Source: a phage. From it: a stretch of 52,467 bases of DNA. Positions within the stretch are counted from its first letter, which is position 1. Every line of letters starts with the position of its first letter. The translations under genes and the position numbers were made by a program. Shown piece by piece: positions 46,876-52,467 of this stretch. The stretch lies in sequence record PZ379545.1; one strand, 5' to 3'. A model generated the notes under the pieces. It was not told the DNA's origin, did no database searches, and saw only the letters and a list, made by a program, of their open reading frames with translations.

Positions 46876-48266
46876 TGTTAAGACCAAAACTTAATAGAAT
46901 CTGGACTTCAAACAATGCCAATTTACGGCGTGACCCAGGAGATGCCAAATATCTCCAGGGCTGGATTGCAGAAATCCCTACGTTCCAGGTTCTTAACTAT
47001 TTGCAGTACAAGGTTGATACTACGCTTCTGGCATTAGCAGAGCGTGGTGTCTTCGAGTGGGGGACCGATGTTCAATACGGACTCGGCTCTCTTGTGTGGG
47101 ATGATGCAACTAAGACTATTTATGTTGCAACTGTTGGTGCTCCAAGCCGTACACTGCGTCCTAGCCAAAACTTAGGCCAATGGGCTGCAAGTGCTATTCA
47201 GGTATCTCGTTACGACTACGATGATATTGTTGCGAAGATTTCGGCACACATTGCAGATGTAACGACCAACCCACACAAACTTACTGCCAACATGATTGGC
47301 GCATACAACAAGGCCCAGATTGATTCTTTAATCTTGCAGTATAACACCCTTGTTGCCAACCATGCTAATGACCGTAATAACCCTCACAAGGTTACTGCTG
47401 CTCAAGCTGGTGCTGTTCCAATCACAGGCGGTACTTACACTGGTGCAGTTACATTCCAACAGGGTATGTTGTTTGATGCAGCAGGTACAACTAAACTCTC
47501 CTTTGGTGAGCAGGGTTTCTACATGCAGTCGGGCGATACACGTATCGGACTTGATGCAAGTGGTGTACCTGTAATTGGTAATGCCTCAACAAATTCCAAT
47601 TCTCGAATCATTACTGACTCCACCTTCGCAGAAGTTAAGGCTCGTGAAGAACCTAAGTATGCAGTGCCTGAACCAAACTTCTGCCAGCATCTTATTGGTG
47701 ATTTTAATATTTACTATGGTAAGGGTGCAATCAACGCATCCGATAGTTTATATTTTAATAACGATTATGGTGGTGCTCTGTACAGAACTGCTGGACAAGA
47801 TGTTCGAGAAACTCTGTTCGAAGGTGATGGATATGGGTTTACTGATTGTACAATCTGTGTTGATATTCTTTCTAACACACCTCGTGCACCAAATAGCGAC
47901 GACTCTGTTGGCGTATACTTTGCCCTTAACGGTATTAACAACGAGAACATAGGCTTCTACTTGCAGAACAAAGGTCAACTCAATATTAACCGAAACTCTG
48001 CTGCTGGTTCCGATTGGATTTACTATGTTCTTCCAGGTCAGGTAAACAGATGGTACCGCATAGCTGCGACGCTAAGTACGACCACTGGACTTGAAATATA
48101 TGTCGATGGTGTACGTGTAGCATCTGATGCATCACAGAATGCTGCTGCTGCATGTGTTGGCAGGTATCCACAGATTCACTTCCAACCAACATCAAGAAAC
48201 TATGCTGTTCGCAACTTCCGAGTTTGGGATTTTAAAATGACCCCGAATCAGGTATCAACTTTATAA
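46875..48266 (+). CDS. Tail fiber protein 2 (paralog of fiber 1)
   Basis: 463 aa; NPHKLTA and NPHKVTAAQAGAVPITGGTYTG repeats. Confidence 0.6.
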   Translation: MLRPKLNRIWTSNNANLRRDPGDAKYLQGWIAEIPTFQVLNYLQYKVDTTLLALAERGVFEWGTDVQYGLGSLVWDDATKTIYVATVGAPSRTLRPSQNLGQWAASAIQVSRYDYDDIVAKISAHIADVTTNPHKLTANMIGAYNKAQIDSLILQYNTLVANHANDRNNPHKVTAAQAGAVPITGGTYTGAVTFQQGMLFDAAGTTKLSFGEQGFYMQSGDTRIGLDASGVPVIGNASTNSNSRIITDSTFAEVKAREEPKYAVPEPNFCQHLIGDFNIYYGKGAINASDSLYFNNDYGGALYRTAGQDVRETLFEGDGYGFTDCTICVDILSNTPRAPNSDDSVGVYFALNGINNENIGFYLQNKGQLNINRNSAAGSDWIYYVLPGQVNRWYRIAATLSTTTGLEIYVDGVRVASDASQNAAAACVGRYPQIHFQPTSRNYAVRNFRVWDFKMTPNQVSTL

Positions 48267-48275
48267 GGTAATGTA

Positions 48276-49628
48276 ATGGCTAAAGGTTGGTCATTTGGCG
48301 GCTTAGTTGCCGCCTTAAAGTCTGCTGCATTCTTAAATGCAGGTACTGCTCGTGGTGAAGTAATCACTGTTGGACAAAAGAATGCCCAGATTCCAACCAC
48401 AGCATTTGTAAGAAACTTCAACTTCAATACCTACACTTTTGTAAATGGCGAAGTTCTATACGTTGAAATGAACTCTGCCGTAAACGTTCCTCCAGAGTTA
48501 CAGAAGTGGGACCTATCTTCTGTAAGCGGTGCGTATATGATTATAACTGTTCTCGGTATATCTGATAACAGTAATGCGACAATCTTAGTATCGCATGGTC
48601 AAGCAGCACGACCTCCAATTATGTACTACTCGCAAGGTCCATCCGGTAGCAGGTCGTATACAGCACATGCTGTAATGACTTGCAAGAATGCCGGAAACAT
48701 GAACATTAACCTGCTTACAGGTGCGTCAGATGTTGGTGTTTACTATCAAGAGTCTGATGCTGTTGCTGGCTCTGCTGGTGGTTATCCGGCAGCAAATGCT
48801 GGTACACTGGAAGTTCTTCCATCTGCATATAATGTTCAACAACGCTACACATCAATATATGGAAACGTTTGGGTTCGCAGTCGTGTACTAGATTCCTCTC
48901 AGAATTGGGCCGATTGGAGAGAGCTTGCACGAGTAAATCAGCGCGACCGCATCACAGAAGTTGGTGCAATAGAGTTGTATAACAACACTCCATATATTGA
49001 CTTCCACTATGCAAACTCTGGCCTGGACTTTACTGCACGTTTTATTGCAGAGGGTTACAACCAACTTAAATTACTTGGCACTGGCCAAGACTTTAAGCTC
49101 CACTTGCTTGGTCAATATCGCGGCATAACTTGGGGTCGTGGCTGGGGACAAGAGGCAGATGGCAACGTCCCTTATGGTGTGTATAGTTGTGAAGTTGCCC
49201 CAGATTCCTGGGTTCCTCTTGCAACACTGAACACAATCACAACTGGTTATGGATATGGCTCTTGGATTTCCTTTGGTGCATACACCAGAACAAGCGACTT
49301 TTCAAGCCCAGTAATCTCCCGTCGGAGTGATAATGGTGCAGTGCATAACTGGATATTCGGTCTTGATGGTAACATCGACTACACTGGCAATGGTGGTCCA
49401 TTCCGATTTGCACGAGAGAATTGGGTTAACGCCTACTTCATGAGCGACATTCGATTGGCATCCTACCAAGAAAATGCTGCATGGCGTGGTCCTGGCTACC
49501 GTGATGAATCTGGTTGGGTAATTACATCATGCTATAACACAACTTCTGATGAATTTATTGACTACGTTGGTCGTCGTAAATTACAGAAATATATGAACGG
49601 AACATGGTATGACAGCTATTCTGTGTAA
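48276..49628 (+). CDS. Tail fiber protein 3, distal receptor-binding fiber (putative)
   Basis: 450 aa, Gly/Tyr/Trp-rich C-terminal half; followed by a fiber-assembly-like gene. Confidence 0.55.
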   Translation: MAKGWSFGGLVAALKSAAFLNAGTARGEVITVGQKNAQIPTTAFVRNFNFNTYTFVNGEVLYVEMNSAVNVPPELQKWDLSSVSGAYMIITVLGISDNSNATILVSHGQAARPPIMYYSQGPSGSRSYTAHAVMTCKNAGNMNINLLTGASDVGVYYQESDAVAGSAGGYPAANAGTLEVLPSAYNVQQRYTSIYGNVWVRSRVLDSSQNWADWRELARVNQRDRITEVGAIELYNNTPYIDFHYANSGLDFTARFIAEGYNQLKLLGTGQDFKLHLLGQYRGITWGRGWGQEADGNVPYGVYSCEVAPDSWVPLATLNTITTGYGYGSWISFGAYTRTSDFSSPVISRRSDNGAVHNWIFGLDGNIDYTGNGGPFRFARENWVNAYFMSDIRLASYQENAAWRGPGYRDESGWVITSCYNTTSDEFIDYVGRRKLQKYMNGTWYDSYSV

Positions 49629-50139
49629 CTATAAAGGGTTTGTTGAGAATACAAACTTAACTGAAAACCAGCAAGTGCTCAAGGACGAGCACAAAATTAT
49701 CTTCGGTTGTGACGAGAATGGTAAGTGCTGGTATAAGATTCGAAAGAGTCTTAAAGATGGAACTGCCAAGGTTGTGTATGAGAATGATGGCTCTATTCGT
49801 CATATCGACTTCGGACCTGGTGACACTGTGGCTACACCGCTCGGTGGAAACATAGTTGAATTGGATGCTCTGCCAGAAGGTGTTGCGGAAGAAATGCACT
49901 TCTGGAAGTTTGATGGTGAGAAGTTTGTTGAGCATAAAGAAAACCGTGTGAAATATAACGAGTTTATGCGTAAGAAGAAACTTGCACCATTGACGGAAGA
50001 AATCGGTATCCTCACCGACATGGTTGAGCTTGGCATGGCCAAGAAGTCTGACAACGAATTGTTGATTAGTCTCAAGAAGAAGCGTATCAAACTGTCTCAA
50101 CTTGACCCAACCGAAACAATCGACTGGAATGAATTCTAA
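49609..50139 (+). CDS. Tail fiber assembly chaperone (putative)
   Basis: 176-aa ORF directly after the last fiber gene. Confidence 0.5.
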   Translation: MTAILCNYKGFVENTNLTENQQVLKDEHKIIFGCDENGKCWYKIRKSLKDGTAKVVYENDGSIRHIDFGPGDTVATPLGGNIVELDALPEGVAEEMHFWKFDGEKFVEHKENRVKYNEFMRKKKLAPLTEEIGILTDMVELGMAKKSDNELLISLKKKRIKLSQLDPTETIDWNEF

Positions 50140-50480
50140 TGGATAGACAAACTTTCCAGATGGTATGGGAAGCAATGCACCAGTATGGAGTCCTTCATGG
50201 GCTTCTTGCTGGATTGACTGCACTTATTCGTGGAGCATACGAGAAGGAAGGCTTATTGAAGGCCATTCTCGATGCCCTATTATGTGTTGTCATTGGGACA
50301 TTCGTGTTCTCCCTCCCAGGTTTCGTAGACATATTCAAAGACGAGCCTCGCTATGCAACAATCGCTGCAATGGTGATTGGACTGATTGGGGCTAACCTAA
50401 TCATTACAACGATTCGTGATTGCTTCACTGCTGCAATCAAACAACTCAACCCACTAAATTGGTTTAAGAAGGCCAAATAA
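50139..50480 (+). CDS. Holin (putative)
   Basis: 113 aa with two or three hydrophobic helices and a charged C-terminus (NWFKKAK); immediately upstream of the endolysin. Confidence 0.6.
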   Translation: MDRQTFQMVWEAMHQYGVLHGLLAGLTALIRGAYEKEGLLKAILDALLCVVIGTFVFSLPGFVDIFKDEPRYATIAAMVIGLIGANLIITTIRDCFTAAIKQLNPLNWFKKAK

Positions 50481-50498
50481 TGCAAACAAGGAACTTCA

Positions 50499-51056
50499 AT
50501 GCTACAAGCACAAGTTCTTGCATTTCTGTTGGTGAGTATGTTTCACGCAAATGTCCCAGCTTCGGCTGGGGCAGTGAACACCACTATTACAGATTTTGCA
50601 AGTCACTCCTACTTAAATGGAACAACCAAACTATCTACTTCACAACGCAAAGATATAGAATGCTATGCAAAAGTAGTGTGGTATGAAGCTCGTGGTGAGA
50701 GCAAACATGGAAAGATTCTGGTAGCTAATGTCGTCCGTAATCGAATGAAATTCGGGAAGCCATTCGCTAACACCGTTTGCGATGTAGTATATCAACGCAA
50801 CCAGTTTGCCTGGACACGAGAGTCAAAGAAGAAACATGCACAATGGAAGTCAATAATGAAGACAAATTGGAAGACCGAATCTAAACAGGTTTGGGATACC
50901 TTGAATGTCGCCATTAACTTCGCTGTGCTCAATGCACCTGATGTAACTGATGCCACTCATTTCTGTACTGCTACAGAGAAATGCAACTTTAAGAGAGTTG
51001 AAGGCCGAGGCCAGTATGGTGGTCATAAATTTTATAAGTATTTAGGAAATAAATAA
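50499..51056 (+). CDS. Cell wall hydrolase, SleB-like, with N-terminal signal or SAR segment (endolysin)
   Basis: N-terminus [25 protein letters not shown] is hydrophobic; core [11 protein letters not shown]...ANVVRNRM resembles the SleB cell-wall-hydrolase family. Confidence 0.65.
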   Translation: MLQAQVLAFLLVSMFHANVPASAGAVNTTITDFASHSYLNGTTKLSTSQRKDIECYAKVVWYEARGESKHGKILVANVVRNRMKFGKPFANTVCDVVYQRNQFAWTRESKKKHAQWKSIMKTNWKTESKQVWDTLNVAINFAVLNAPDVTDATHFCTATEKCNFKRVEGRGQYGGHKFYKYLGNK

Positions 51057-51058
51057 TA

Positions 51059-52159
51059 ATGGCATACACTACTTTTTCACAAACCAAGAATGACCAACTT
51101 AAGGAACCAATGTTCTTTGGTCAGAACGTTAACGTTGCACGATATGACCAGCAGAAATATGGTATCTTTGAGAAACTTATCGAGAAACAATTGTCATTCT
51201 TCTGGCGTCCTGAAGAAGTAGATGTTTCCCAAGACCGTATTGATTATGCTGGTCTTCCTGATTGTGAGAAGCACATCTTCACAAGCAACTTACGCTACCA
51301 AATCCTGCTTGATTCCATTCAGGGACGTGGACCAACTACAGTTTTATTACCAATTGTGAGCATTCCTGAACTGGAAACTTGGATTGAAACTTGGTCCTTC
51401 TCAGAGACAATTCACTCTCGTTCTTACACACATATTATTCGTAACATTGTTACAGACCCAAGTGTAATCTTCGATGAAATTGTTGAGAATGAGCATATCC
51501 GCACTCGTGCAATTGGCATCTCCCAATATTATGACGAGCTTCAGCACCTAACTTCTATGTGGCATCTGCATGAAGATGAAGTAGACCTCCGTGAACTCAA
51601 GAAGAAACTCTACTTATGCCTCATGTCCATCAATGCTCTGGAAGCAATCCGCTTCTATGTTAGCTTTGCTTGCTCATTTGCCTTCGCTGAACGCAAGTTA
51701 ATGGAAGGAAATGCCAAGATTATTCGTCTGATTGCTCGTGATGAAGCACTCCATTTGACAGGAACTCAGCACATGCTGAACCTTCTTGCAAGTGGTGTTG
51801 ATGACTCAGAAATGGCTGAAATTGCCAAAGAATGTCACCAAGAATGCCAAGAAATGTTCGAAAATGTGGCCCAACAAGAGAAAGATTGGGCTGATTATTT
51901 GTTCAAAGATGGCTCAATGATTGGCTTAAACAAGCAAATTCTGTCTGGATATGTCGAATATATTACAAATATTCGTATGCAAGCAGTTGGATTAGATGCT
52001 CCATTCAAAGGTGCAACTAACCCGATTCCGTGGATTAACGCATGGTTAAACTCGGATGCTGTACAGGTTGCTCCACAAGAAACAGAGATTAGTTCGTATC
52101 TTGTTGGGCAGATTGACGCTGAAGTTGACACCGATGCTCTGGGTGGATTTGAATTATGA
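51059..52159 (+). CDS. nrdB: Ribonucleotide reductase class Ia small (R2) subunit
   Basis: 366 aa; N-terminus [22 protein letters not shown] and diiron/tyrosyl-radical segment [17 protein letters not shown] match enterobacterial NrdB as recalled. No nrdA-like ORF in the window. Confidence 0.85.
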   Translation: MAYTTFSQTKNDQLKEPMFFGQNVNVARYDQQKYGIFEKLIEKQLSFFWRPEEVDVSQDRIDYAGLPDCEKHIFTSNLRYQILLDSIQGRGPTTVLLPIVSIPELETWIETWSFSETIHSRSYTHIIRNIVTDPSVIFDEIVENEHIRTRAIGISQYYDELQHLTSMWHLHEDEVDLRELKKKLYLCLMSINALEAIRFYVSFACSFAFAERKLMEGNAKIIRLIARDEALHLTGTQHMLNLLASGVDDSEMAEIAKECHQECQEMFENVAQQEKDWADYLFKDGSMIGLNKQILSGYVEYITNIRMQAVGLDAPFKGATNPIPWINAWLNSDAVQVAPQETEISSYLVGQIDAEVDTDALGGFEL

Positions 52160-52276
52160 TTGGATACGGTGAAGGCTGACGTTTGTCAGTTATTATGCGA
52201 GAAGAGATTCGATGCGTTAGCGTCGTTTCTCTTTAAGCTAGAATAAAATAAGTAAGTTAAAATATTACTTATTCCC

Positions 52277-52293
52277 AATATTGCTACAATATC
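52277..52293. repeat. Isolated copy of the AATATTG-N3-CAATAT palindrome near the right end
   Basis: AATATTGCTACAATATC; nearly identical to AATATTGCTACAGTAT at 3276-3291. Confidence 0.6.
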
Positions 52294-52339
52294 AAGAGTA
52301 ATATTAGGAATGCGTAAAGTTCAAACCAAAATGGTACAT

Positions 52340-52395
52340 GGTCGGCCAACTGTACTTGGACCAATCTTCGTTCACGGTCGGTCGACTGTATCTAG
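52340..52395. repeat. Two direct 20-nt repeats (GGTCGGCCAACTGTACTTGG / GGTCGGTCGACTGTATCTAG) near the right terminus
   Basis: 15 of 20 positions identical, 36 nt apart; a GGTCGG core also occurs at 138-143. Confidence 0.5.
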
Positions 52396-52433
52396 CCGGA
52401 ATTTGTTCGAACAGAAGTCCGACTATGAATGAT

Positions 52434-52467
<34 letters not shown>

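Noticed and set aside
51059-52159. Possibility that nrdB is host DNA joined to the phage contig
   Set aside because: The gene starts 2 nt after the phage endolysin stop, is on the same strand, and is followed by phage-type repeats rather than a yfaE-like ORF; kept as a phage gene but this needs read-level confirmation.

Overview
The window reads as a complete or near-complete genome of a virulent, contractile-tailed dsDNA phage of about 52.5 kb. Every convincing gene is on the + strand, tightly packed, often coupled by ATGA/TAATG overlaps and preceded by a recurring TTGGAG-type ribosome-binding site. Order of modules: a T7-like single-subunit RNA polymerase with a short N-terminal region (374-2488); a 1.2 kb non-coding region holding an array of AATATTG-N3-CAATATT palindromes (3265-3664); about 25 small early genes (4001-13574) including a three-member tandem paralog family, a small protein ending in the E. 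coli SSB tip DFDDDIPF, and an M15 peptidase; a 2.4 kb coding-poor region (13575-15983) with tRNA-like elements and a nested spanin-like gene pair; a replication and nucleotide-metabolism module (ThyX-like, primase-helicase, family A DNA polymerase, flap endonuclease, HNH, minimal ligase, P-loop kinase, dUTPase); then terminase, portal, head genes, sheath, tube, tape measure with a lytic transglycosylase domain, baseplate, three fibers, holin, a signal-peptide SleB-like endolysin, and a solitary host-like nrdB. A ~20 nt motif (consensus about CTGAAACATTAGTTGGATGTGAAG) recurs in intergenic regions and is probably the phage RNA polymerase promoter. Both ends of the window are 31-nt poly(T) runs. 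No integrase, CRISPR array or rRNA was seen. The combination of T7-like RNA polymerase, myovirus tail and size fits, from memory only, the phiEcoM-GJ1 / Chaseviridae-type phages. I could not identify a single clearly novel multi-gene system; the strongest candidates for something new are the SSB-tip protein, the ThyX-like enzyme with altered phosphate-binding residues, the -1 frameshift on the head protein, the solitary nrdB, the palindrome array and the aberrant tRNA-like elements. All calls come from reading the sequence and ORF translations without any search tool; start codons are approximate where noted.
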